Shown piece by piece: positions 7,401 to 19,100 of a stretch of DNA of 53,954 nucleotides. The notes below the pieces were generated by a model, which was not told the origin of the DNA, made no database searches, and saw only the letters and a list, made by a program, of their open reading frames with translations. The stretch comes from an uncultured virus (IMG/VR IMGVR_UViG_3300030328_001585). Its lineage: Duplodnaviria > Heunggongvirae > Uroviricota > Caudoviricetes. A program made the translations under genes and the position numbers. The stretch is from IMG/VR virus record IMGVR_UViG_3300030328_001585, one strand, 5' to 3'. Each line of letters starts with the position of its first letter. The stretch's first letter is position 1.

Positions 7401-10165
7401 GTATCAGGAGATGTGGCTATGTCACGTGTATTTAAATCAGAGAATGATATATCTGTTGCTGTCTTTAAGAGGTTTTCTAGATCTTCCTCTGTAAACAAAC
7501 TTCCCTCAGCCCCAAACTCATTACTTGATCTAGTTCTAATAACTTCTTTAACATAATTATTTAAAGCATCATCTATTAATCCTGCCTTATGTACTCCCCC
7601 TCCACTTAGTTTATTCAGTTCTAATTGTAATGATAGTACTAAAGATCTCTGAGTTGCATTCAGTTCTTTCTGGCTATCTATTGAATATAAACCTTCAAAT
7701 GTAGCTATAAACCTATCAAAATTTAAAACGTAAGTAATATATTCTGGCTTACCAAAATTCTTAGGATCCTTAATGTATTCTGTAAAAGATCTAATTTGTT
7801 TTAAAGCATCTTGTAATAATTCTGTATAAACTATAGATCTACTAATAGGCCCTTCACTCATTGCTATATTTATGTATGCTATAGTTAGAGCTAATTGTTC
7901 AGTTTCTTTTTCTTGAGTTTTATCTCTATATACTTGACTCTTAATTGTTTGTTCAGCTTGCTTTCTCTCTATCAGAGCTAATTGATAATTCTCTAATGCA
8001 CCAAAAATAGTATTGTACTCTGGATATTCTTGTGCATCAATCTTATCAGCTGCTGCTTCATCTTCCTCTATTTGTTTTTCTCCTCTATATATAGCATCCT
8101 CAGCATTCTCTGTTTCTCTTTCTAGTCTTTCTTTATTTACATTATCATTTACTAAAGGAACCAACTTATCAACCATGTCTATATTCTGAGATATAGGGTG
8201 GTCTATAAACTGATCAGACTTTATTGATCCATCAAACTTTTGATTCTTACCTTTTCCAGTAATACCTGCAGTAAAATGAATAGTAGAAGATGCACGGTCT
8301 CCCATATATACTTCATACCCCATGTTCTCAAACATTCTTCTATAGATATTAACCTGTAGATTATGCTGTCCTCTTGTAGATAGTTTGTCTATACCAGCTT
8401 GTTTTAATAGGCTATCCTCAGATAAATCCCACTCTTTATCATATAGCTTGCTGTGTTTTCTACCAGTCATCTTATCTACATATGTCTGAGCTCTTAAAGA
8501 ATTCTTGCTAGTTTTTAGATCTACTATTCTAATTCTTCCATGTCTGTCTATTATAACCAAGTCAGCAGTACCAGCCATTTTAGTTGCTTCATCAAATACA
8601 ACCACTTGGGATAATGCTACAGATCCTTCTGGCATTATATTATTAAGTGTAGTAGACAAGGTTTCATAAGTACTTCTTGCAACCTCTGGAGATAATACAG
8701 TCAAGTTTGGTATTACATCATCTAAAGGTTCTTGTGATACTAATGCATCAAGCAATGCATCTACATCATTTCCTACGTCAAGATTTAATTGTACATCTTC
8801 TTGATTCTTTAACTTACCTTTAATTGCTGTAGTAACAGATGTATATATTTCACCATTAGTTATATCAACATATGTATGATCTGCTTCATTAAGAGTAACA
8901 ATGGTGCTGCCGTCTCCAGCATTATTTATATTAGCAGATAATGAATCTATAGTTTGTTCACTAGACATTACTTGATGAAACAACCTCTTTATAATATTTT
9001 GTTGGATTCCATTTGATTCAGAAAGAATCTTATCTATTATTTTTTGTTTAGCAGGAGTTAAGCTAAATCTAATTTTTCCATCTACTCTTTTCTCTAGCTT
9101 AAACTGTATACCTTCCGTATTTAAGAGTTTAGCTATATCACTCATAGATGTATTAGCATTTATAGCTGATACAGGTAAAGGTCTACCAGTTAAATATTCA
9201 TTTAGATTATTTATCACACCAGCTAACCACTCTAAAAACTCTTTAACTTTATTTAAGAAGCCTTGTGATGGGGCATTCTCATATTCTTTATTGAAGTGTC
9301 TAGATAAGGCTTGTGTTACAATTTCTAAATCTCTTTCAACATCACTAAAGTTTCTACTATCATTATTATATTCAGCTTCTATTTGTTGAACCATCTCAGG
9401 AAAATTACTTGTTGCCTCTCCTAATAAACTATTAAATAAACCTTCGTTTTCCATTTTAATAGCATCAACAAAAGGGTGTAATATCTCTTCAATTGCTGTC
9501 TCATCTGTTACTCTTCCTTTGATTAAATATGCTACTCCATCTACATAGAAAGACTTTACTTGTTTAAATTTTACATTGTTCTTTTTCCAGTCAGGTAGTG
9601 AATCATAGAACTCTCTTCCTTCTGCTACACTAAGCATTTTAATACCTATCTGAGGAAACATTCTTTTTAGATGCATAACAACTGCTCTAGCTCTTGGTGT
9701 ATCCCATGATCTAGAAGCTGGTAACATATCTCTTCCTGTAAACAAGTCTTCATTAACCTCTACTTTATATGATTTAGGAGTTCTTGTTATTGTAACTACA
9801 TCCTCTGATAAGTTATTTATTTTTAAATACCTTTTTAATCTTTTAAGATTACTAGACAAAAACATCTCGTCATATTCTCTTGTTGCTGGGTTAGAATTAT
9901 TAACAAAGAAAGTGCCTTGATACATAGAACCTATTCTCTCTCTACGTAAATTAGTAAGCAGACTTTTACCAAAATCTTCTTGTTTCAAAGCAAAAGCAAT
10001 ATTCTGATCCTCTACCATTTCTTCTGCTTGTAATACTGTAGGAAATTTATCTGTATTATTCAGATCTTGCCAAGTATTAATTACATCATTGGTACGTAAC
10101 TCAGTTGTATACACCGCTTGCAGTGCTCTATACTCTCCTGTATTTTTATTAGGACATCTTGCCAT
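4463..10165 (-). CDS. 1900-aa virion cargo/ejection-type protein with degenerate zincin and PD-(D/E)XK nuclease-like domain
   Basis: Starts MARCPN. EEILH (9476-9490) sits in zincin context with a downstream EIVTQAL. AGTADLVII..IRIVDLKTS..HNLQVNIY matches a RecB-like nuclease motif set. Hydrophobic helix near the C-terminus. Adjacent to the virion RNAP gene, as in crAss-like phages. Confidence 0.75.
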   Translation of the reverse strand: MARCPNKNTGEYRALQAVYTTELRTNDVINTWQDLNNTDKFPTVLQAEEMVEDQNIAFALKQEDFGKSLLTNLRRERIGSMYQGTFFVNNSNPATREYDEMFLSSNLKRLKRYLKINNLSEDVVTITRTPKSYKVEVNEDLFTGRDMLPASRSWDTPRARAVVMHLKRMFPQIGIKMLSVAEGREFYDSLPDWKKNNVKFKQVKSFYVDGVAYLIKGRVTDETAIEEILHPFVDAIKMENEGLFNSLLGEATSNFPEMVQQIEAEYNNDSRNFSDVERDLEIVTQALSRHFNKEYENAPSQGFLNKVKEFLEWLAGVINNLNEYLTGRPLPVSAINANTSMSDIAKLLNTEGIQFKLEKRVDGKIRFSLTPAKQKIIDKILSESNGIQQNIIKRLFHQVMSSEQTIDSLSANINNAGDGSTIVTLNEADHTYVDITNGEIYTSVTTAIKGKLKNQEDVQLNLDVGNDVDALLDALVSQEPLDDVIPNLTVLSPEVARSTYETLSTTLNNIMPEGSVALSQVVVFDEATKMAGTADLVIIDRHGRIRIVDLKTSKNSLRAQTYVDKMTGRKHSKLYDKEWDLSEDSLLKQAGIDKLSTRGQHNLQVNIYRRMFENMGYEVYMGDRASSTIHFTAGITGKGKNQKFDGSIKSDQFIDHPISQNIDMVDKLVPLVNDNVNKERLERETENAEDAIYRGEKQIEEDEAAADKIDAQEYPEYNTIFGALENYQLALIERKQAEQTIKSQVYRDKTQEKETEQLALTIAYINIAMSEGPISRSIVYTELLQDALKQIRSFTEYIKDPKNFGKPEYITYVLNFDRFIATFEGLYSIDSQKELNATQRSLVLSLQLELNKLSGGGVHKAGLIDDALNNYVKEVIRTRSSNEFGAEGSLFTEEDLENLLKTATDISFSDLNTRDIATSPDTILAVMDKIYKSKKQELLDKIAQRETLIRRAGSKLLKLSTVKDLEKLYDFMLEFDKAGKFTGFYVQKIGQKYHDMQQEIRSQLSDNDGTPYYYRDVSNLENATQEDIDYNIDLANKKRKLSEFFNAEVKDEYGNPVDGEYHGYTQEFKDARDIYEYFVPGTDANPLGNWNRKPGISDAAWAIYEAKYYEVHPYTKAIRINGEPTGAIVKDQSYRAPKVKYRFVREFSRSGVDMRSEKYKKIMNPTNALEQAQKEFYELFIDLFENDLLKKLPGGVMTQMLGRVPLVHNKVLDDMKTKGTLWNKLYARTVGSNAWNMFKQTSTQKGVILNERGELVDGMPIFYTGRPKLEGEMEEVSKEITGLQDKYKAGKIDQDTYDIELAKLNGKMQRLRSTPSVGQISKDMAGSLLKFSAMAQNYETMGTIDDTLRAMVKVIEKRSYKPADPRIELVSKVKDKIKSVGRKTSANNQEANTVKRAKKWMSMVYYDNEMITKGAFDKIADGLIQLSSLSYVAFNPFGNFNNYIIGRVNNNIEMLGSRFYTKRSFLRASKEFNKRALFDIVSRTGHNTTDLADVVTLGIIPGLNKSDYDPKKPNSKWEAFVDLYRMMDKMSDVREQGGGYETQGGKSWFARASEWGYVMQDAAEYNVQTKVGMAILMDTTIKNSQTGETLSLYDAFDYDSKTHKNVLKAGYDTIVSKNGVETPYTDEFRYDLRNKIREVNKQIHGNYAKEDRMLIQSYTIGNLAAQFKKWVAPAIRARYQREYFDQNLGWMEGRYISAWKFLKYVKQQVAKGNMQFNTYGQGFMEAQKGYDGKGGNADQRAQNKLFGFYRTMGEIGIMLSTLLLSEVLQGLLAGEDDDDDLTKRAKNILKYQADRTYKELVLFTPTPPGGIQIYQMFNSPIAAGRTMGELAGFLQLAIYTPMVYMTSTNDEFYANSDYVYQQGKKRGKLKVWKNFRDVFPIVYAVQKWDSYLQNDDFYIK

Positions 10166-10171
10166 TTCTTA

Positions 10172-13100
10172 TTATTTTAATAAACATCTTCTTATATCAT
10201 CTATAAACTCTTTCTGATTATCTTCAGAACTTAATTTAGAATCTTTAGTTAACCTGCTATTATATTCTTCAATCATGTTTGACAAAGGAAATAAATTATT
10301 TTGCATTAAGATAAGTTTATTAGCATTTTCTTTTATTAATTCATCATATTGTTCAGTTATATAATCATATTGATCTGCCAAATCAAATTCTAAATCTGAA
10401 CTTAATTGTTCTTCTTCTTTAGTCATCTCTGGAGCTGATTGGTCATTATTCTCTATAACATTAGCTTCCATCTCTGTATTAGTTTCCGCACCTTCATTGG
10501 CTAATATTTCTCCCATAATACCTTCTAGATTACTTATGTTTACTGAGTTACCATCTACATCCATTTTAACATTCACTTCTTTCTCATTAGCATTGATGAT
10601 TGAGCTTTCATTCTTTAATATATCTTCTTGAATAGCATTGGCTCCATCAAATGTCATATTAGATATTTCTTGTTCTATACTTGCTGACTGAACATTGTTA
10701 CCTGCATTTTTATTTTTTACATAAGTTCTTACCTGCTGATAAGATGCTCTATCTCCAAACATAAATCCTCCACCCCATTGTTGATTAGATCCCATAGGTT
10801 CTATTTCATCATATACCATTGCTTTATTGTTAGACTGAGTTAAGTCTCTGGCTTTAAATGTGTGGTATTTAGTTATTCCATCTATACTACTTACACCTAT
10901 TCTAAAGAATTCCTTAGCTGTAGCATTACTAGAATATGCAATAGATGCTGTCTTTTCTTTTCTATTCCACTTTACTTCTTTAGGTAGTGAAGCCAAAGGA
11001 CTGATTTCATATGTAACTAATTTAGCACCATTAATGTTAGATGCTAAGTATCCATCTTTAAATTCACTTTGTAATTCTACAAAGCTCATCCCAAATACAG
11101 ATTCAAATGTAGCTGATCCAGCTCTTAAGGCTTTTTCTACTGAGTTAATCTGATCTAAATATGAACTTAATATAAATGGACTCACTGCCTCTAACAATGA
11201 CATATATTTTAATTGTAAACCATCTTTAACCATTATATAATTAAGAATAGACATTACATCATTCTTGGTTTCTAGTGATCCATATAGTTTAGCAAAATCA
11301 TTTTGTAAATCAACCTTTTGAGATGGACTTAACTTTCTGAATGTGTTTGCATTAGCAAGATTAAGACCAGAGCTATTATCTATTTCATTAGCTCTTTCAA
11401 GTATTACAAAGTTATCTAAAAAGAAATTATCTTGTCCTCCTTCTGTTAAACGCAATCTATCAACCACATCAGTAACTGACTCATAATCAGTAGGATACAA
11501 GAAGTTATTATTTAATGTAGCTACTTTTTGGCTGTCATTATCTAACTGATTTTTTTGATAAGCTTTAATAGTTAGATATGATAATAAGTCTAATCTAATG
11601 TTTGCTCTAACCTCTTCTGTGAAGCTAACATTATTAGTATCCATAGAGTTTATTACTGGCTCTAACATATTAGAGAATCTTTCACTTGCTGTAAGGAAAG
11701 TAGCTGGTAATAAATCATTAGTAATTTGTGTGAATATTTTAAGATATGTATTTTGCCATGTCTTTCCTCTGTATATAGGAGAAAGATCCATAGGAACATC
11801 CTCCGCAAATAATTCAGTCATAGATTGATACTTGCTCTTCACTTCAGCTACATCTTTCCCTAAAGATTTTGATAAGCTTGTTACAGCACCCATCTTTTGT
11901 GTAAAGTCTTTTATTGTTGATGCTTTACTAAATAAATCTAAAATACTATATAATTCTTGATCACTTACATCCTCTGGATTATCTATGGCATCCATAAGTA
12001 GTGCGTCAGTAACTTTTACTAGCTTAAGTTTGTCTTTATTTCTAGCTACCAGTGAAGACATTCTATTAGATATTAATTTATTAATTCCTGGATCTAGTTT
12101 ACTATTCTTATTTAATGCTGTTAAGTAATCACTTTGAATGCTAGGATTATTGATAAGCAATAAAGAAGTTTTAAGTGGTACCCCTAAAGCTATTAAATTA
12201 GCTACTAAACCAACAGCATGTCTATTTAATCCTAACTTAGCAACCAGACGGTCTTTAGCATTATCAGTAGCCATAGTAATAAGAGCAGATAAAATATCTT
12301 GCTTTCTTCTTGTTCCTATTTTAGTTACTCCATAATTACCATACCACTTACCATTTACATTTAAACGGTTCTTATTATATAATTTTATCTGATACTCTGT
12401 AAGTAGACTTAAATATAAGTTTGGTAATACAATTGCTCCAATAGATGCACCTTTATTAGCTTTAAATGCTTTTATCTTACCGCTCATATTATCTACATCT
12501 ACATCTCCCTCTTCAATTCTTTTTGCAAATTCTGGTGATTGTGATGCTAGCTCTGCTAATACTGAAGTTAGTGCTTCTGTATTTGCTGGTTGATAAGATA
12601 TAGGAACTCCTTCTTTGCTTTCTGTTACACCTGTATGACTAATTAAAGCATATCTATAATCTAATATTTTATTGTTTAATGATGCCTCAAAAGGAGTGCC
12701 GTGCTTAGCCTCATATTGATCAAACTGGAGCTTTGTAATAGGAAGACCCAGAATCTGTAATGCTTTTAATCCATTCTCTGATAAACCTGCATCACTAACT
12801 ATCTCTTGTTCAGAATCTGTTAATGAATTTGATATATTAGCTGCTAGATCTCCATTCTTATATAATCCTAGTGCTTCAGCATATACTGTACCAGAGACAT
12901 TTACCTTATCATTTATATATCTTATATATTCATCATATGCATTTCCAGTTCCATATTCTATAAACTCTCCTTTTTCTACATAGAACTCTTTGATTAAAGC
13001 AAATACTTTATCAATATCAAAGTCTGCTCCTGATATTTCAACTATCTCTTCTGCAAACATAGCAGTAGAACCATAATATACAGGTAAGAAGTCTACCATC

Positions 13101-16100
13101 TTCATACTTACAGCAGAATGATTATCTTGAGAAGGTATTCTAACTCCAAACATTTTTGCTACTACTGCAGGGATGGCAGCATTTGTATTTTCAATAAGAT
13201 CCATAACTGACTTAAAGTGGGAAGGTAATATAACCTCTGTATATCTTTGTCCTGTTGGATTACCTTTAGAATCATATTCCATAACCCCATGTCTAAGTTT
13301 ATCTAATACCACAACCCCTTCTGCTGGAATGTTGTTTCTAGTTAATGTATCTAATGCCACTAAGTCTTCTGGATTTCCTTCTTCCATCCAAACCTTTTCT
13401 CTAATAATCTCTGATCTTACAGGTATACCATTTGCATCAACTTCATATACTCTTCTGTATACACTGTTTCCATAATCAGAAACCAAAGTTAATCCTAGTC
13501 CAGGAGCTCTTTCTGCCAACACTCCTTTACTAAAGTAGCTTAAGAATAATTGTTCAAACTTTCTTATAGTAATAGGATTATTTAAATTATAGTTCTGCAC
13601 CCCATTTGTAGATGAAAAGAATTCTAATAGGTTGCTACTAGCTTGAGAAGCTTTTAGTCCTTGAGTTGCATAATTCAAAAATGCTGATAAATTAGGAGTT
13701 ATAGCTCCTTCTTTCTTAGAGACCTTAAGCTCATCTAATGCTGTATCTAAAGTAAAAATCAGGTTTCTTTTATTCTTGTAACTTAATACCACCCTTTGAG
13801 ATACTGCGTTATTATAAGCCTCTCTAATTTGTCCTACATTTAAACCTAGTGCTTCTACAAATACACTGTCATCTTGTTCAGATGTTGCAATTTCTTTAAT
13901 TTGTGTAGGATCAATTATATCTAATTTATTAGATGGATTCAATACTTGTAATCCCATAAACCTAGCATCTAATGTTGTAGGTGCTTCAACAAATGGATTA
14001 GCGTTATCTAATTGTTCTAAATCATTAATTCTTTGTTTCTTCATCTTTAGTGCACTCAATGGAGCTGCAATACCTAAAGTTTCTTGATCTTGCTCAATTG
14101 CTTCTAACTTAATCCTCAAGTTATGGAGTTTTACTCTATGAGGTTTAGCCACCCACATCTTTAATTCTTCATTCCATATAGATGTGTATTCTGGAGTTAA
14201 AACAAAAGCAGACATTTTTAAAGCAGTAGATCCATCAAAGTATACTAACTTCTTAGAATTCATTAAAGCTTGTTGTTTAGCTAAACCTTGTGGTGCTGCT
14301 TCACTACCAAATATTAAATCAGAACTAATTGGTTGTCCTGCTTCTACTTGATCTATAAGGGCAGCTTGTGCTGGACTTAGTTTACCAAATCCAAACCACA
14401 TATATCTGAATGCTTTGGTTGTAATATACATTTGAGCATCTGCTCTATCTATTTCTTCTCCTGTAACACTTGATTGTCCTTTTGGCTCTGCTAATGTTAT
14501 TAGAGAGATGCTGTCTACATTGTGGTGTACCCCCAATGCTGGAGCAGAGAATGCAGTATATGCACTGTAATAAGATGCATTTTGCATTTTAGCTCTTTTC
14601 ACTCTATCTACAGGAGTAGATAAAGATGTTGCTTGATCACCTAATAGAACCTCATTTATAGCTCCTGTATTTATCCAATCATTAAAGAATATTTGTTTTA
14701 AATTGTGTGTCTCATCATAATTAAGATTTAATAATCTTGCTGAGTCAACTAATTCTTTTCTTTGAACACCGGCTGCTATTACAGGCCCTTGTGAAACATT
14801 CTTAGAAATCTGATCTCTTATATTTAACTCGTCCACTAAAGTTTGGAATTCATCAAATTGAATCTCTAGATTTAATGTTACTTGTTTTCTTAACTCTGTC
14901 ATAGATACTTTAGCCAACTTAAGAGCACTATCTAAACTTATTTCTTTACCTTGCCTAGCTTGATCAACAGCTACACCTTCTAATTTAGTTTGAAGTTCAT
15001 CAGATAGAAGTAAACTATTATTAAAGAATTTATAAGCTCTTCCATCTTCAGTATTATATCCAAAGATTTTATCATTGTTATCTACTTCAGCTAAAGCTTC
15101 TCTGTTTATTCTTTCAAACTCTGTTCTTAATCTATCAACAAAAATATCTACTGCTTCTTCAGTAAGTACTGACTGACCGTCTATAAAGTCTACTGTTTTC
15201 CATACTGGCAAGCTTATTAGATCTCCTGTATTAGAAGCTTCCATTACTCTTATTAGTATTGGTGCTAAAGCCACTGGTGTAGGTTTACCTTCTTTGTTTG
15301 TACCTTCTGTGGTTTGAACCTTGTTGCTCTTAGTATTTAAGAAAGCTGTATAATTATTTATAATACTTAAAGCAAACTCTTGAGGAGAGAAGTCTCCATA
15401 AGTTTGGGTAGAAGTAATACCCGTAATACTTTCATTAATATCAGCTTCTGAAGCCAATTGTCTTCCCACTTTGCTTCCTGCTACTCTGATAACCCTTACT
15501 CTATCTTGTGCAGACATATTAATAAAGGCATCACTATTTAATAAGATGTTATTTTTTAAATAAGGGTCAGATTCTTTTAGTCTTTCTAATTCATTTAAGT
15601 CATTCAGTGCTTGAACCTTTTTTAGATGGTAGGTAGGTAGTTGATGTGCGTATACCAAATCTCCATTAGGATTCTTAAATACTGAAGCACCAATTGTTTC
15701 ATCAAAAGGAGCATTGTTAACAGCCATTATTCCTAATCTAGAACTCATACCACTATCATCAGTAGCAAATATATTATCTCCTCGTTGAATAATTAGATTT
15801 AGGTTCTTTATATCATCTGGTGATAATGCTTCTTCTTGAGCATATAATCTAACCAAGGCTTTTTGTTTCTGAGTACTTAGAGGTCTACCCTGCAACATGC
15901 TAAATTGAAGATATAAAGGGCTTAGTTTAATACCTATTAAATCAAACACTCTTTCAGAATAATCTTTGCTTATATTAGAAAGAGACTGGTTAGTCATTGT
16001 TTTCTTAGAAGTTTGTAATCTACTTTCTAATTCCTCTAGTAATGTTCTAACTTGTTCTTTTCTACGTTTATCTGATCTTAATAATTTTCTTTTACTTATC

Positions 16101-19100
16101 CAGGCTTGATTCCATCTATCTAATTGAGAATTAATATCATCTCTTTGAGAAGCAGAATAAATTCTTATATTACCAGCCTCATCTCTTTCATTAAATAGGT
16201 AATCTACTCTAGAGTTTTCTAATCCTTTAATTAAAGATATGAGTAATCCTGGATCTTTTAAGTTGGATAAACTAGCATCACTAAGCAACTCTTCTTCAGA
16301 TATACCTACATCTTGAAGTACTCTGTTTACCACGGCTCCTGCCTGTGGATTGTCTTGCCCAAAGAAGTACATGCTTTGTAATATGCCTTTTGGGTCTTGT
16401 ATATTTTTAACAGCTTTAAGTAAGCCATTGTATGCTTCTTGAAAGTCTACTCCTATAATTAATTTTTCACCTTCTACTAATTCTGTATTACCAAAATAAT
16501 CAGTAGCTGTAATAGTAGTAGTAGCAATATATGTTCTTAACTTACTAGACATAGAATTAAATCCTCCAATTAAGGAAGCATCCTTGTTATATTCAGATGT
16601 AGTTCTTAATCCAGTAGCATCTTCAAATTCTTCTACAGTGTATTCTTGATCATTAACTTGATCTCCAATTAGATTAAGGAGTTTAACTGTTTCTTCAACA
16701 ATTTCTTGAGAATATGAATCAAAAGATAATTCAATCTCACTCAATCTAGTTTTCTGAATATCACTCTTATTTTCATTATTAGGGTTAGAAGGACTATATA
16801 ACCATGCAAAGTCATCCATTACATCTTGTAATACAGCTGCTGGATTATATGCTTCTGTTAAAGCAGATGATCTACTTAGGTACATTGCTGCAATACTACG
16901 GATTAAGGGATCAGCAATATCACTATCTAAGTAAAGATAACCTGTTCTAATTTTTGTACCTTCATCTAAACTAGTTTCCTGTTGTTCTGATGCATAAGGT
17001 ATTAATGCATTAGCTTCTACAGATACTCCTACTTGTAATGGAGTAGTAAATTCATTTGCAATTAAAGATGCACCTTTGTATTTACCTGCATCAATGTTTT
17101 CAAATAAAGTTTGTAATTCATTCTTGCTTTTAGAACTAAACATGGATTTAATCCATTCAAGAATTCTAGTAAATAAAGACTTAACAGCCCCATCTGTTTT
17201 AGTACTCTTAGCATTAACTTTAAACTTTTGGAACTCATCTGCAAGATATTCTTCATAGTATTCATTCTTTAACTCTTCCTCAGTCATATAGGTATATGTA
17301 TCAGCAGAGTTTCTAAATCTTTGTAGTTCTGTTTTAAAGTTTTTACCTTCAGCTCTAAGCTTAGCTCTAACTTCTCTTCTTGCAATAGAACGGTACCTTC
17401 CTATTTCTTCATTGGTAAGTAACATTCTGAATACCCCGTGGAAAGCCTCATGATATTTAAATGGTGACTGTGCTCCTGTATAAATAGTTCCGTCTATTTT
17501 TAAACCTCCAGCTATATCATTCATTTGCATAACAAATGCACCAACTCTTACTCCACCTTTTTTAAGGTTGTTTCCTAATGTAGTAATATCATCTATAGAT
17601 ATAAAACCAGGAAGAGTAGCCTTAGCCCACTCCATAAATACTCCCATGTCTTCTATATCCTCTGCATTCAATTCAGCAGGTAATATTTTATTTGCTGTCT
17701 TTTCAAGATCCTTAACTATTTGAAGCAGCTTCTGGTATTCTTCACTCTCCCTTAAAGTCTTAGCTCTTTGTTTTCCTTTAACACCAGTTAGTAGTTTTTC
17801 TTTTAATGATTCTAGTTCTAACTTAGCTTTACTTAATGGAGTCTTCTCTATTAAATCTTCTTTTATTTCTTTTTCATCTAAACCAGCCACGGATCCTGCA
17901 CCACCTCTAGTAGCTACTATAAAGTTAATTTTTGATTCCTGTATTTTAAATACTTCCTGCTCTCTTGGATGCAATGGTAAACCTCTAAGAAGTTTGTTTA
18001 CTATATGAGTTTGAAATTCTTCAGGCATTTCTGCAAAGTCTTTACCCATATAGTCACTATACTGTGCCTCACTTAAATCTAATATACTTTCTTCAGCTTC
18101 TTCAGCAATAGTATATTGTGGCTCAGGCTTAGCTATTGGCTCCACTTTTCTATCAGTATTGATGTCTACATCTTTTGATGCTTGTATTTCTGCTGAGTCA
18201 CCAACCAATCTTAATGACTGTTGGTTCACAACTTGCGGTAACACTGCAGTTCTGGTATCTTGAATTATTTCTTCTACACTAACATTATCTGGAAAAGATC
18301 TTCTAAAATTATTTACCCCTAATTGTACACCTGTTAATTTAATATCTGCATTATTATTAAAGTTCTCAATTAAGGTTTGAATCTTTTGAGTATTGGATAG
18401 TGACTTATCATCTACTATCTTTTGATTAATAGTAATAGTATCTCCAATTTGTTTTTTATTTTGTGTATCAAATAATTGTAATTGTATTTTTCCCCATGGG
18501 TCTACCTGTAATGAAACATTGTATCCAGGTTTAGTGCTTATAAATAATCTTGATTTTAACCCATCATTATATTCTGTATTATAACCGGTATCTTTAGCTT
18601 CTTTCTTTTTATCTAAGTTTTCTTTTTGTGTAAGCTGACCTCTTTCTATAAGTTGTGCATGTAAATCTTGCATTTCATTTTGAGTAAATGAAGCAGCTTT
18701 TAAGTTTACTGTAGCATATGAGCCATTAGGTAATAATACAGCAGCCCAGTATCTATCTGTACCGTTAACCATCTTATCCCATAAACCTTGTTGTTTTAAT
18801 CCAGATGTTACTTTTTCTCTTAATTCAGTAGCTTCTGTTCCTTCTAGATTAGTAATAGATTGTACAGTTCTCCCATCCTTTTTGTTTTTTAAATCAAATA
18901 TTAAGTAGTTTTGTTCAGTATCTGCATATACAAACATTAAATCATTTAATGATCTCATCTCTTGTTTGCCTCCTGGAGGATAAGCAGTTGTTGCACCACT
19001 AACAGTAAAGTCTACTTTGAAAGGAAGGTTCTTCAACCAGAATACAGTTGCCTCAGTAATATTCATAGAGTCTAATGCAGATACTAGGTTGGCATTTATT

